The position numbers and the translations under genes are program-made. Source: an uncultured Clostridia bacterium (lineage in GTDB: Bacteria > Bacillota > Clostridia > TANB77 > CAG-508). From it: 64,000 bases of DNA. Shown here one piece after another: positions 1-9,935 of the stretch (its first letter is position 1; each line of letters starts with the position of its first letter). Location: assembly GCA_944387445.1 (NCBI GenBank), contig CALXEX010000005.1, forward strand, positions 15,257 to 79,256, given 5' to 3'. The notes below the pieces were generated by a model. The model was not told the DNA's origin. It saw only the letters and a list, made by a program, of their open reading frames with translations, and did no database searches.

Positions 1-990
1 AGGGAACAAAAGAGTACAGAAAAAATACGCAATTGTTAAAAGATGCTGCATCACATTTAAGAATGGAATGGCTATATATTAATCGAATTACCTTAGCAAT
101 TGCAACTTGTATTGTTTCACTATTTGTATTTATCTATCTACATAAATTATCAATTGATTATGTATATACACAACCAACAACGGAGTATAACATATTACGG
201 TGAAATGACAGAAGCAGAAACAGAAGATGCAATGGAATTAACCAGACAAGATAATGCCATTATTGATCAATTCAGAGGAAATTTAAATACAACGGTTGAG
301 CAAGTTAGAATTGTTGTAGCAAGGACAGACTATTTTGAAGAAGGAACAGACATTGAAATTACAGAAGATGCAGAAAGAATTTTTGATAAAATTCAAGTTG
401 TCAATAGTGAATATTTAAAATGGTTTGAAGTATTATTATCTTTCGTATTTGCCATTATTGGCTATATGTCACCAATTGCCTTGTTGATGTTCCAAGCAAA
501 AATGAGACAGATTGAAATGGAAGATGAAGTTATGCAATTCCAAACAATTATCTTAATGCTTATGAGAATTGAAAGAGTAAATGTAGAGATGATTTTGGAA
601 TGGCTAGAAAGATATGCAAATATCTTCAAGGAGCCAATTGGAAAATGTTTGAATAACTATGAAGCAGGTGCATGGGAAGCACTAGAAGAAATGAAAGAAG
701 AAATTAGTTACATGCCACTTGTCAGAATTGTAGAAAGTATGCAAGCAGCAGTAGAAAAAATACCAATTAAAGATGCATTTGATGAATTAGAATCAGAAAG
801 AGATTATTACCAAGAAAAAAGAAAAGAATCAAATGACAGATTAATTAAAAGAAAAGGAATGATAGGAAAAGCAATTGGATTTGCACCAATGATATGTATG
901 TTTGTAGGATATTTAATTGTGCCATTAGTATTTATTGGATTAACAAGTATGTCAAGTTCAATGGCAAGCATATCATCACAAACAATATAA
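1..990 (+). CDS. TadC/type II secretion F-like pilus assembly membrane protein (5'-truncated by window; +1 shift at CGG 198-200)
   Basis: Frame 3 from window start reads GTKEYRKNTQLLKDAASHLRMEWLYINRITLAIATCIVSLFVFIYLHKLSIDYVYTQPTTEYNIL then CGG TGA. Frame 1 continues GEMTEAE... with TM segments and a T2SS-F-like C-terminal region (EDEVMQFQTIILMLM...GFAPMICMFVGYLIVP). Precedes pilin-like genes. Confidence 0.6.
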
Positions 991-1067
991 TGCAGTAAAT
1001 TTTGACGGATATAAAAATATAAATATAAACGATAGGTAGTTTATGTCCGATAAAAGGAGGAAAAGCA

Positions 1068-1793
1068 ATGGAAAATGCATCAAAAGCGTTACTAATTGCT
1101 GGAGGTGTATTAATTTCTTTAATTGTTGTTAGTGGATTTATCTTGGCAATGCGATATATGGGGGATTTTCAAACAGCAAACCAAAATGCCAAATTAGAAC
1201 AACAAACACTAGAATTTAACAGTGCATATGAAAGTTATAATCGAGACAATATAAGAGGAAATGATATTGTATCATTAATGAATCGAGTTTCAGATTATAA
1301 TACAAGGAAAGTACAAGAAGGGTATACAGAAATGCAAGTGACTTTTACAATTCCGCAAGATATCATTGATAATAATATATGCTTTGAATCACCAAGTGTA
1401 TTAGTAACAAGGACAACCTATACGGAAGATGAAATTGATGAAATTGTCGGTATTCCAGATTCGAATAATGCAGGATTCTCTGTTCGTGGAGTTGAAAATA
1501 AATATGGTCAAAAATATGCAACACAATTAGCAAAGGAAATTTCCAATATTAGGGACCTAAAAAACTCACATAAATCAAGTTCTGAAATAGATGAAGAATT
1601 TGCTAACATGTATAGATTTCCGAAAAAAGTGAGTGACTATGGAGGAATTGAACAGGTGTACAAAGATGCGAAATTGTATTATGAATATGTACAATTTAAA
1701 AGAGCATATTTTGATTGTATCAATACAGAATATGATGATAAAACCAACAGAATTATCAAAATGGAATTCAAATGTACAGGAGTAGGAGTTTAG
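1068..1793 (+). CDS. Pilin-like protein, MENASKAL family
   Basis: AGGAGG RBS; N-terminal MENASKAL plus hydrophobic helix shared with 1795 and 2804. Confidence 0.6.
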   Translation: MENASKALLIAGGVLISLIVVSGFILAMRYMGDFQTANQNAKLEQQTLEFNSAYESYNRDNIRGNDIVSLMNRVSDYNTRKVQEGYTEMQVTFTIPQDIIDNNICFESPSVLVTRTTYTEDEIDEIVGIPDSNNAGFSVRGVENKYGQKYATQLAKEISNIRDLKNSHKSSSEIDEEFANMYRFPKKVSDYGGIEQVYKDAKLYYEYVQFKRAYFDCINTEYDDKTNRIIKMEFKCTGVGV

Positions 1794-1794
1794 T

Positions 1795-2283
1795 ATGGAA
1801 AATGCATCAAAAGCCTTGTTAATGGCAGGAAGTGTGTTATTAGCCATTATGATTGTTTCTTTAGCAATGTATTTATATGCAAATTTTTATGAAGAAACAT
1901 CACAAATAGAGGGAAATATTGAGGAAAGCCAAGTTATGCAATTTAACAATCAATTTACGAAATATGAAAACAACAATAAAGTAACCATTTATGAAGTTCT
2001 TTCTATGGCAAATTTGGCAACACAAAATAATAAGCAATATCAATTTGAAAAACAAACTGCTACAGGAGACAATTATTATATATCTGTGTTCTTAGAAGGA
2101 AAAGGGTATATAGAATATGGCCTTTCAGATTTAGAAAGAAATATACAAAACACATATAATGAATATATAACAGAACAAGTAAGCAATATTACTGCCTCAA
2201 CAGGCTTAAAATATTATAAAGTACAAGCTGAAATTAGTCCTTCAACCCAAAGGGTATATCAAGTAACTTGTACTGAAAGATAA
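1795..2283 (+). CDS. Pilin-like protein, MENASKAL family
   Basis: MENASKALLMAGSVLLAIMIVSL N-terminus; QFNNQF motif. Confidence 0.6.
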   Translation: MENASKALLMAGSVLLAIMIVSLAMYLYANFYEETSQIEGNIEESQVMQFNNQFTKYENNNKVTIYEVLSMANLATQNNKQYQFEKQTATGDNYYISVFLEGKGYIEYGLSDLERNIQNTYNEYITEQVSNITASTGLKYYKVQAEISPSTQRVYQVTCTER

Positions 2284-2292
2284 AGGTGAAAC

Positions 2293-2727
2293 ATGAAAAA
2301 GTTTATGATATTCTTAATTGGAATTGGTATTATTGTGACAATTATAGCAGGTATTTATTTAAAATGTAGAATGCTGATAAACGAAACAAAAAGCGAGAAT
2401 CGTCAATATGAAGATTATTACGAAAAAGAAATATATGGTACAGATTTAGCAACTCTAATTAATAGAGTCGTAGATACAAATACGAAAAATGAAGTAGAAA
2501 AAGATGAAAAAGGACAATATATAGACAATGGAAAAAATTCTATTCGCATCGATATTCACTTTTTAGATGATGATCGTATTCATACATTAGAGGAAATTTA
2601 CAATAGTGATACAGGCGTTTTTGTACAATACTATAATCAGATAAAATTTAAATGTACAAAAATAGAATATCATAACCAAACAGGAAAAGTTAGCTATTTA
2701 TATTTTGAACAAATGGCTACTACATAA
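2293..2727 (+). CDS. Pilin-like paralog (N-terminal TM helix)
   Basis: Shares GTDLATLINRV and FKCTKIEY..TG motifs with the 1068 protein. Confidence 0.55.
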   Translation: MKKFMIFLIGIGIIVTIIAGIYLKCRMLINETKSENRQYEDYYEKEIYGTDLATLINRVVDTNTKNEVEKDEKGQYIDNGKNSIRIDIHFLDDDRIHTLEEIYNSDTGVFVQYYNQIKFKCTKIEYHNQTGKVSYLYFEQMATT

Positions 2728-2803
2728 AGATGTTATTAAAGTTACTAAATTTATTTAGTAAGCAAATATATAAATATTTTTTTAATAAAAGGAGGAATTT
2801 ATT

Positions 2804-3166
2804 ATGGAGAATGCATCAAAAGCTTTAATCATCGCAGGTGCTATATTACTTGCAATCTTAATTATTTCATTAGGAATTTTAATTTATAACCAAGCATCAG
2901 GAGTTGTAACAAATAATAGTATGGATGAGGTGTCTATCCAAACATTTAACAACAAATTTTTACAATATGCAGGAGAACAAAAAGGTTCTAGTGTAAGAGC
3001 ATTAGTTTCACAAGTAAATGCTAGTAATGCTGCTGATAACAGTTTAGGAACAGTTACAATTACTGGGGCAAATAGTGTTAGTACAGGTGCAACATATAAC
3101 GTTTCTGTTAAAATAGATAGCGCTACTGGATTAGTTAATCAAATTGACGTTACATCAGCTCCATAA
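2804..3166 (+). CDS. Small pilin-like protein, MENASKAL family (candidate major pilin)
   Basis: Strong AAAGGAGG RBS; 120 aa; MENASKALIIAGAILLAILIISLGILIYNQA. Confidence 0.6.
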   Translation: MENASKALIIAGAILLAILIISLGILIYNQASGVVTNNSMDEVSIQTFNNKFLQYAGEQKGSSVRALVSQVNASNAADNSLGTVTITGANSVSTGATYNVSVKIDSATGLVNQIDVTSAP

Positions 3167-3229
3167 GTAGCACTTATAGTGTTATGTAAGGTTAATATAA
3201 GACAATAAAATGAAGAAAGGATGATATGT

Positions 3230-3898
3230 GTGGAAAATGTGGCAGAAGCCTTAAAAATGGCAGGAGAAATGTTACTATTTATACTAGCTTTGGGTGTAAG
3301 CATATCATCCTTTTCACAAGCTAGAGAAACATCAGATATGTTACTAAAATATACAGATAGAGAATATGTTACACAATATCAAGGTGTTGGTACAACACAA
3401 AGAGTTGTGGGAGAAGAAACGGTTATTCCAACCATTTATAGAGCATATAAAGAAAATTATAAAATTTATTTTTATAACACAGACGGTTCTCCAAGAGAAT
3501 TATATACTGTTACAAATACACAAACTTTAGTAGAAACTTCAGTTAATGCAATTGAGTCAGAAAGACCAACATTAGGAGAAGATTGGCAAAAAGATAATTT
3601 TATAATGGCATTATTATATGGTACAAATGCAGAATTAGAAGATCAATATGGAAATTTGATTTCATTTGATCAATTTGAAACATCTTTAAATACAGGAAAT
3701 TCTATCTATCACTTGAATAGAAATGGAATTTATGATATAATAATAAAGAACAATAGATTTGAAGAATATTTCGGAGTATATTATCCAAGTCAAGCTAGAG
3801 AGGGAGCTGGAGATAATGCAGATGGAGCAGGTGCTAATGTAAATGCACAAACAACAACTGAATCTAAGATGAGGGTAATATCCTACTATATTTATTAA
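3230..3898 (+). CDS. Pilin-like protein (GTG start, MENVAEALKMAG variant)
   Basis: Divergent copy of the MENASKAL N-terminus followed by a hydrophobic helix. Confidence 0.55.
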   Translation: MENVAEALKMAGEMLLFILALGVSISSFSQARETSDMLLKYTDREYVTQYQGVGTTQRVVGEETVIPTIYRAYKENYKIYFYNTDGSPRELYTVTNTQTLVETSVNAIESERPTLGEDWQKDNFIMALLYGTNAELEDQYGNLISFDQFETSLNTGNSIYHLNRNGIYDIIIKNNRFEEYFGVYYPSQAREGAGDNADGAGANVNAQTTTESKMRVISYYIY

Positions 3899-3935
3899 GG
3901 AATTATACAATATAATAATGTTATTATAAGGAGGG

Positions 3936-4472
3936 ATGGCTATGTCTATGGGAGATGCATTTGGAACCGCTCTTGTATATCTTGCAACAGCAATTATTAT
4001 GTTTGGTGGACCTTTGTACATATTATCTGCTAATAATGATGATATGTCACAAACTGCTTTGCAAGTAGAAGTAGCAGAACATGCAGATAACGTTGGAAAA
4101 ACGGGAATTTTAACAGAAGATGACTATGCTTCTTTAGTGCAAACTGTATCAGCAGATGGAACAGCAAAAGAGATTGAAATGCAAATAGGAAGAGTTGATG
4201 AAAACCCAAGTAAAAAAACAACACAAACCAATTATACAAAATATGGTGAAAATGCAATGTATTATATTTATACAAATGATATAGTTAATATGTTAAAACA
4301 AGATGGGGCCGTTATTTTTAATCAAGGAGATACATATTCAATAAGTGTTAAAAATAAAACACAAACATTAAATAATATGTTAACAAATATATTTTATTCA
4401 GTACCTCCAGGTGCCACATATACATTGGCTGCACAAGCTAGTGTCACTTCTACAGTGAATGGAGACTTGTAG
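3936..4472 (+). CDS. Putative minor pilin/TadE-like protein
   Basis: N-terminal hydrophobic helix; cluster context. Confidence 0.45.
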   Translation: MAMSMGDAFGTALVYLATAIIMFGGPLYILSANNDDMSQTALQVEVAEHADNVGKTGILTEDDYASLVQTVSADGTAKEIEMQIGRVDENPSKKTTQTNYTKYGENAMYYIYTNDIVNMLKQDGAVIFNQGDTYSISVKNKTQTLNNMLTNIFYSVPPGATYTLAAQASVTSTVNGDL

Positions 4473-4556
4473 CTAGAAAATATCATATAAGATAGGATAG
4501 CCTGTAATTAACATTACAGGCTATTAAAAAATAAAGAAACAAAGGAAAGTGAATAT

Positions 4557-6221
4557 ATGAGAATTCAAAATTTAGCCATTATTTTTATCATTATTATGTT
4601 GCCAATTGCATTAGTATTTTTATATTATATAGATGCACAGAGAAATACAATAGAATTACAAATTTCATATGATGCTAAATTAGATAATGCAACAGAAGCA
4701 ACTATTCAAGCATTTCAAATGAATACAGCCAATAGTAGTACATCTGATATTGTTAATTCAAAAATCAGAGATATTGAAGCTGCTGCAAATAGTTTTTTTA
4801 CTGCATTAGCCACAGATTTCAACTTAGCTGGATATAATAGTGATGCTTTAAAAGGATATGTGCCCGCACTTGTATTTACGATGTATGATGGATTTTATAT
4901 ATATTCTCCATTTGAAAATACATTAGATGAAGAAACCGCGAATAATTTAGCAACAAATCCAAGCGCAGAATATCATGCAGATGAACAAGTAACAGGATTA
5001 AAACCATATATATATTATAGTTGTCGATATAAAACAGGAAATATTGATGTTGTCATTACCTATTCATTAGATAATTACATTACGATTCAAGGAACAGCAA
5101 ATGGTAAATATATTAATGATGCAGGGTATTTAATTAATAATATAACCAACATAAATGAAAGCGCAGAAACTTTAACATATAGAGGTGTGACAATCGGAAA
5201 AGAAAGTGCATTATCTGAATATATTGGTGATGAGCGATTTACATATATTAAAATCAATGGAGCAAAATATTATTATGATGCATCTGCCAATGGAGGTAGT
5301 GGGGACTGGTTTCAACTTTTAAATGGAGAAAGAATATATCCGCAAGGAGCTTTTAATAGTGTAGAAAACGATATGGCTTATCGATATTATAAAGAAGCAG
5401 CAGATTTTAGAAACAGGATATTCAACGAATATCAATTAGGAAATTTAAAAGCTTCAGATGCAGTAGATTCAAATGGACAACCTTTGCAAGCATTAACAGA
5501 TGCAGATGGTAATGTTATTTACGATTTTATCAATCAAGGAGATTATAAGATTTTTGCTTATCAAGAAAATGGAATATCTATAGAAGAACCAAACTCTAAT
5601 TTTAATCAACATAGAATGGCAGTTATCCGCTATGTTATTGAAAGTAATTTATCTGTAGCTTTGGCAAACTATAATTCTTATAGAGGGAATATAGAATACA
5701 ATTTTCAAATGCCCAAATTAGCAGAAGAAGATTGGGATAATATATTAAACAATGTTAGTGTAATTAGTTTCTTACAAGGATTAAGTATTGGGGGAAAAAT
5801 GTATAATGGATATTCTGTTATCAATAATAATATAAATGAAGAAGTAGTAACAGAAAATTCTATATATATTACAACAACTGATGGATATTTTCATAAAATA
5901 ACATCTACAGAATTGCCAACAGCGAATAATTTAGATAGAGGTGTTTTTAATATTGATTTTACAAAAAAGAATTATTATGAAGACGATGGAACTATTCATT
6001 ATTATCATCCACAAACCCATTTAGGGTGTTATCATTGTTATGTTTTACAAAATAGCAATACTATAGTAGATAATGTATATAAATATCTAGATAGTATTAG
6101 TACTACAGATACAGGTAAGAAAGTAGCAAGTTTATATTATACAGCATTAGGTAGAGAGAGATACAGTATGTATAAAGTATTTAGAAATCCAACAGAACAT
6201 AAAGCTTTATTTGCACCATAA
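4557..6221 (+). CDS. Large membrane-anchored pilus-associated protein (TadG-like position)
   Basis: N-terminal TM helix, LDNATEA motif, C-terminal CYHC; last gene of the cluster. Confidence 0.45.
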   Translation: MRIQNLAIIFIIIMLPIALVFLYYIDAQRNTIELQISYDAKLDNATEATIQAFQMNTANSSTSDIVNSKIRDIEAAANSFFTALATDFNLAGYNSDALKGYVPALVFTMYDGFYIYSPFENTLDEETANNLATNPSAEYHADEQVTGLKPYIYYSCRYKTGNIDVVITYSLDNYITIQGTANGKYINDAGYLINNITNINESAETLTYRGVTIGKESALSEYIGDERFTYIKINGAKYYYDASANGGSGDWFQLLNGERIYPQGAFNSVENDMAYRYYKEAADFRNRIFNEYQLGNLKASDAVDSNGQPLQALTDADGNVIYDFINQGDYKIFAYQENGISIEEPNSNFNQHRMAVIRYVIESNLSVALANYNSYRGNIEYNFQMPKLAEEDWDNILNNVSVISFLQGLSIGGKMYNGYSVINNNINEEVVTENSIYITTTDGYFHKITSTELPTANNLDRGVFNIDFTKKNYYEDDGTIHYYHPQTHLGCYHCYVLQNSNTIVDNVYKYLDSISTTDTGKKVASLYYTALGRERYSMYKVFRNPTEHKALFAP

Positions 6222-6232
6222 AATAGCTGTAT

Positions 6233-6276
6233 AAAAAAGAGTCAAATTGTGATTTTTCACAATTTGACTCTTTTTT
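6233..6276 (+). terminator. Rho-independent terminator of pilus cluster
   Basis: Perfect hairpin aaaaaagagtcaaattgtga / tcacaatttgactctttttt. Confidence 0.8.
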
Positions 6277-6295
6277 ACGTTTTTTAAAAATAAAT

Positions 6296-6324
6296 GTATA
6301 TAAAAAAATTAAGAGTTCATACTA
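6296..6324 (+). promoter_or_regulatory. SigG/SigF-type forespore promoter of spoIVB
   Basis: GTATA-17 nt-CATACTA matches the sigma-G consensus. Confidence 0.6.
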
Positions 6325-6349
6325 TTTATAAATGAAAGTAGGAGAAAAT

Positions 6350-7582
6350 ATGTATAAAAAAATTTTTAGTAGAGTAGTTATATTCATTTTTTTGTGTATC
6401 ATATATATTTATATATTGGTGATTGAAGCCATACCAGAAAAAATTACAATATTTGAAGGAGAAGATATATCTTTAAAAACATTTTTTGGAATTACTTTAA
6501 ATGCAGAGGAAAATGTATTAACAGTTTCTGCTAATACAGGACAAAAAACAATTCATACAATAGGAAATGAAACAGTATCTGTTAGTCTATTTGATAAATT
6601 ATTTATAAAAAATGTAGATGTTTCTGTTCTTCCAAGAACGACAGTGATTCCTGTTGGAAATATCGCAGGTGTCAAATTATATACCAATGGAGTTCTAGTG
6701 GTAGGAATGTCTGAAATTGAAGGAGAAGATCGAAAAACATATAAGCCATATGAAAATAGTGGTATAGAAGAGGGAGATACCATTGTAAAAGTAAATGATA
6801 CTATGATATATTCAACAGATGATTTAATTGAAAAGATTAATCTATCTGATGGAGAAAATGTAAACATACAATATATACATGAAGAAGAAACAAAAGAATG
6901 TAGCATTAGACCTGTAAAAACAGATGAGGATGAGTATAAATTAGGATTATGGGTAAGAGATAGTGCAGCAGGTGTTGGAACTGTTACATTTTATGAACCA
7001 TCTACACAACGTTTTGGGGCATTAGGACATGGGATAACCGATATTGACACAGGAGATTTATTAAATATTGCATCAGGAGAATTTGTAACAGCACAAATAC
7101 TAAATATAAAAAAAGGAGAAGATGGTAATCCTGGAAAAATTCAAGGAACAGTCGAAGAACAAGACACAATTGGTAAAATTAATAAAAATACAGAATTTGG
7201 AATATACGGAAAAATAGAAGATTTATCTAGTTTAAATATAGATATGACCAAAGAAATGGAAGTAGCCATGAGAGATGAAATACAAACTGGAAAAGCAACC
7301 ATCTTATGTAGCTTAGACAATCAAACAGTAAAAGAGTATGAAATCGAAATAACCAAAATCTATAAAGAAAACAATTACAATAATAAAAGTATGGAAATAA
7401 AAATAACAGACAAAGAATTAATCGAAAAGACAGGAGGCATCATACAAGGAATGAGTGGATCACCAATCATTCAAAATGGAAAATTTGTAGGGGCTGTCAC
7501 ACATGTCTTTGTAGATTCAGCAACAGAAGGATATGCTGTATTTGGAGATCTAATGCTAAAACAATCCAAAGAAGTGAATTAA
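6350..7582 (+). CDS. spoIVB: SpoIVB peptidase (S55)
   Basis: LGLWVRDSAAGVGTVTF, GALGHGITD, TGGIIQGMSGSPIIQNGK motifs. Confidence 0.95.
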   Translation: MYKKIFSRVVIFIFLCIIYIYILVIEAIPEKITIFEGEDISLKTFFGITLNAEENVLTVSANTGQKTIHTIGNETVSVSLFDKLFIKNVDVSVLPRTTVIPVGNIAGVKLYTNGVLVVGMSEIEGEDRKTYKPYENSGIEEGDTIVKVNDTMIYSTDDLIEKINLSDGENVNIQYIHEEETKECSIRPVKTDEDEYKLGLWVRDSAAGVGTVTFYEPSTQRFGALGHGITDIDTGDLLNIASGEFVTAQILNIKKGEDGNPGKIQGTVEEQDTIGKINKNTEFGIYGKIEDLSSLNIDMTKEMEVAMRDEIQTGKATILCSLDNQTVKEYEIEITKIYKENNYNNKSMEIKITDKELIEKTGGIIQGMSGSPIIQNGKFVGAVTHVFVDSATEGYAVFGDLMLKQSKEVN

Positions 7583-7618
7583 TGTCGCATAGAGTTCGTT
7601 TGTCTATGCGACATTTTT
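7581..7618. terminator. Bidirectional terminator between spoIVB and murC
   Basis: aatgtcgcataga / tctatgcgacatt hairpin between convergent genes. Confidence 0.7.
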
Positions 7619-7623
7619 ACTTT

Positions 7624-9006
7624 TTATCCAACTAACATTGGTCCAATATTTGTAACAGTACCAGCACCTAATGTTAAAACAATATCATTTTTCTCAACAT
7701 GTGTTTTTACATAATTTGCACATTCATCAAAATCTGGAATATACAACGCATCTTTACCTAAAGAATGAAGTTTAGCAACTAAATCTTTAGAAGAAATATG
7801 ATAAGTATTTTTTTCTCTAGCAGCATAAATATCTAAGATAATTACATGATCAAAATTCAATAAAGCATTAGCAAAGTCATCTAATAAATTTTTAGTCCTG
7901 CTATATGTATGAGGCTGAAAAATTACCCAAGATTGATGATATTTTTTATTCATTAATGATTTTGCAGTAGCGATAATTTCTGTTGGATGATGACCATAAT
8001 CATCATAAACACTTGCCATATTTTGAATTTTTCCTTTATATTCAAATCGCCTATGAGCTCCTGTGAATTCTAAAAGTGCAGATTTTACAATATCTAATGC
8101 GATATGATATTGCATACAGATAGAAATACAAGCAAGGGCATTTGAAACATTATGCTTACCAGGAACAGATAATTGAAAGGTATCTAAGAATTTATTATGA
8201 TAGTACACATCAAATTTTGCAAATCCATCATCATTAAATTCAATATTTGTAGCATAAACATCCGCATTTTGGTTAGAGATACCATATGTAGAAACAGTTG
8301 CTTTGGTGTAATTTGATAATTCTAAGCAATTTGTATCATCACCATTCAAAATTAAGATACCATCATCAGGTAATAGTTTGACATATTTAATAAAGGCTTT
8401 TTTTATATTTTCAAGATTTTTAAAATAATCTAAATGCTCATTATCAATATTTAAAATAATTTCTGCTTTAGGACTAAATTTTAAAAAACTTTCAACATAT
8501 TCACATGCTTCTATAATAAAATGTTCACTATTTCCTACTCGATAATTTCCATCTAATTGTTTTAAATAAGCACCAACTTGTATGCTAGGGTCTGTTAAAG
8601 CTTTTACAAAACAAAGAGAAACCATAGAAGTTGTAGTGGTTTTTCCATGTGTTCCAGAAATACAGATGGTATCTTTAAAACATCTAGTGATTTCACCTAA
8701 AAAATCAGCTCTTTCAATTGTTGGAATATGTAACTTTTTAGCTTCTAGCATTTCAGGATCTTCAGGTTTTATAGCTGCAGAATAAACTACAATATCGGCT
8801 TTTTGGACATCATCTATATTATGTCCAACTGTAACTTTAATACCTCTTTTTATTAAGATTTGTACAGTTTCAGAATTTGCCCAATCAGAACCAGTAACTG
8901 TAAAACCCCAGTTATGAAGAATTTCAGCAATTCCACTCATGCTGACACCACCAATTCCAATCATATGTATATTTTTATATTTTTTTAAATTATCTATCTT
9001 CGGCAT
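7624..9006 (-). CDS. murC: UDP-N-acetylmuramate--L-alanine ligase
   Basis: IGIGGVSMSG, GTHGKTTT, DDYGHHPTE, FQPHTYSRT; ATG at 9006 follows AAAAGGAG. Confidence 0.95.
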   Translation of the reverse strand: MPKIDNLKKYKNIHMIGIGGVSMSGIAEILHNWGFTVTGSDWANSETVQILIKRGIKVTVGHNIDDVQKADIVVYSAAIKPEDPEMLEAKKLHIPTIERADFLGEITRCFKDTICISGTHGKTTTTSMVSLCFVKALTDPSIQVGAYLKQLDGNYRVGNSEHFIIEACEYVESFLKFSPKAEIILNIDNEHLDYFKNLENIKKAFIKYVKLLPDDGILILNGDDTNCLELSNYTKATVSTYGISNQNADVYATNIEFNDDGFAKFDVYYHNKFLDTFQLSVPGKHNVSNALACISICMQYHIALDIVKSALLEFTGAHRRFEYKGKIQNMASVYDDYGHHPTEIIATAKSLMNKKYHQSWVIFQPHTYSRTKNLLDDFANALLNFDHVIILDIYAAREKNTYHISSKDLVAKLHSLGKDALYIPDFDECANYVKTHVEKNDIVLTLGAGTVTNIGPMLVG

Positions 9007-9320
9007 GAAAAGACACTCCTTTTGTAAATATTTGATTCGCATAAAATTTCAAAAGAAATTATATAATTATATGATGAAAAATTCAATACTTTTAAAGAAA
9101 TTTATGTGATAAAATACGTGTCGTACTTAAAAAAATAGGACATGGATAAATTGTTTAAAATAAAAAAATGTATACAATTTAATATATTGAAAACAAGTAA
9201 AAAGTGATACATTATTTATGGTATATATAGATTATAGAATCAAAGATATAAAGAAATAAATGTAAATATGACAATTCATTTTTCTCATAGTATAAAAAAA
9301 TAAAAAAAATGTAAAAAAAA

Positions 9321-9347
9321 GAAGGAAAAATTTTTTTTATGGAGAAT
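9321..9347 (+). promoter_or_regulatory. SigH-type promoter of spoVG
   Basis: GAAGGAAAAA...GGAGAAT with an upstream A-rich tract, matching the sigma-H consensus known for spoVG. Confidence 0.6.
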
Positions 9348-9421
9348 AATATTATTGTACATAAAAATTAACTATGTACAAAATATTTTTTAAAACTTAA
9401 GGAAGGTAGGTGCACTACAAA

Positions 9422-9694
9422 ATGCAAATCACAGATGTACGTTTAAGAAAAGTAAATTCAGAGAACAGAATGAAAGCTGTTGCTTCTGTAACATTCGATA
9501 ACGAATTTGTTATTCATGATATCAAAGTTATCGAAAGTCAAAATGGATTATTTATAGCTATGCCAAGTAGAAAAACTCCAAACGGAGAATTCAAAGATAT
9601 AGCTCATCCAATCAATGCTGAAACTAGAGAGAAAATTCAAAAAGCTATATTAGAAGCTTATGAAGCTCCAGAAACAGAGGAATCAGCAGAATAA
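9422..9694 (+). CDS. spoVG: Septation regulator SpoVG
   Basis: MQITDVRLR...[23 protein letters not shown]. Confidence 0.95.
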   Translation: MQITDVRLRKVNSENRMKAVASVTFDNEFVIHDIKVIESQNGLFIAMPSRKTPNGEFKDIAHPINAETREKIQKAILEAYEAPETEESAE

Positions 9695-9703
9695 TAATAA
9701 ATG

Positions 9704-9729
9704 AAAAAGCACTTTTACAGTGCTTTTTT
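9704..9729 (+). terminator. spoVG terminator
   Basis: aaaaagcact-tttac-agtgcttttt. Confidence 0.7.
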
Positions 9730-9924
9730 TGTTGAATAGAAAAAATCGAGTTTTTCCTATTCAACAAAAAAACAAAATTGCACAGAAAAATTGCTATGCA
9801 ATTTTTCGCGTCGACAAATCTTTACGCTTCTTCGAGAACTTAAATATATATAGTTAATTTAGAAAAGTAGAGAAAAGTTCTCGCGAAGCGAGATTTGTCC
9901 TTGAATAGAAAAACCAATTTTTCC
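9727..9924. repeat. Multi-hairpin palindromic intergenic element
   Basis: Three stacked inverted repeats, plus a ttgaatagaaaaa direct repeat at 9732 and 9901. Confidence 0.55.
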
Positions 9925-9935
9925 CATTATATGTT

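Noticed and set aside
100-198. ORF-track N-terminus MQLVLFHYL...
   Set aside because: Off-frame extension; the real upstream coding frame is frame 3.
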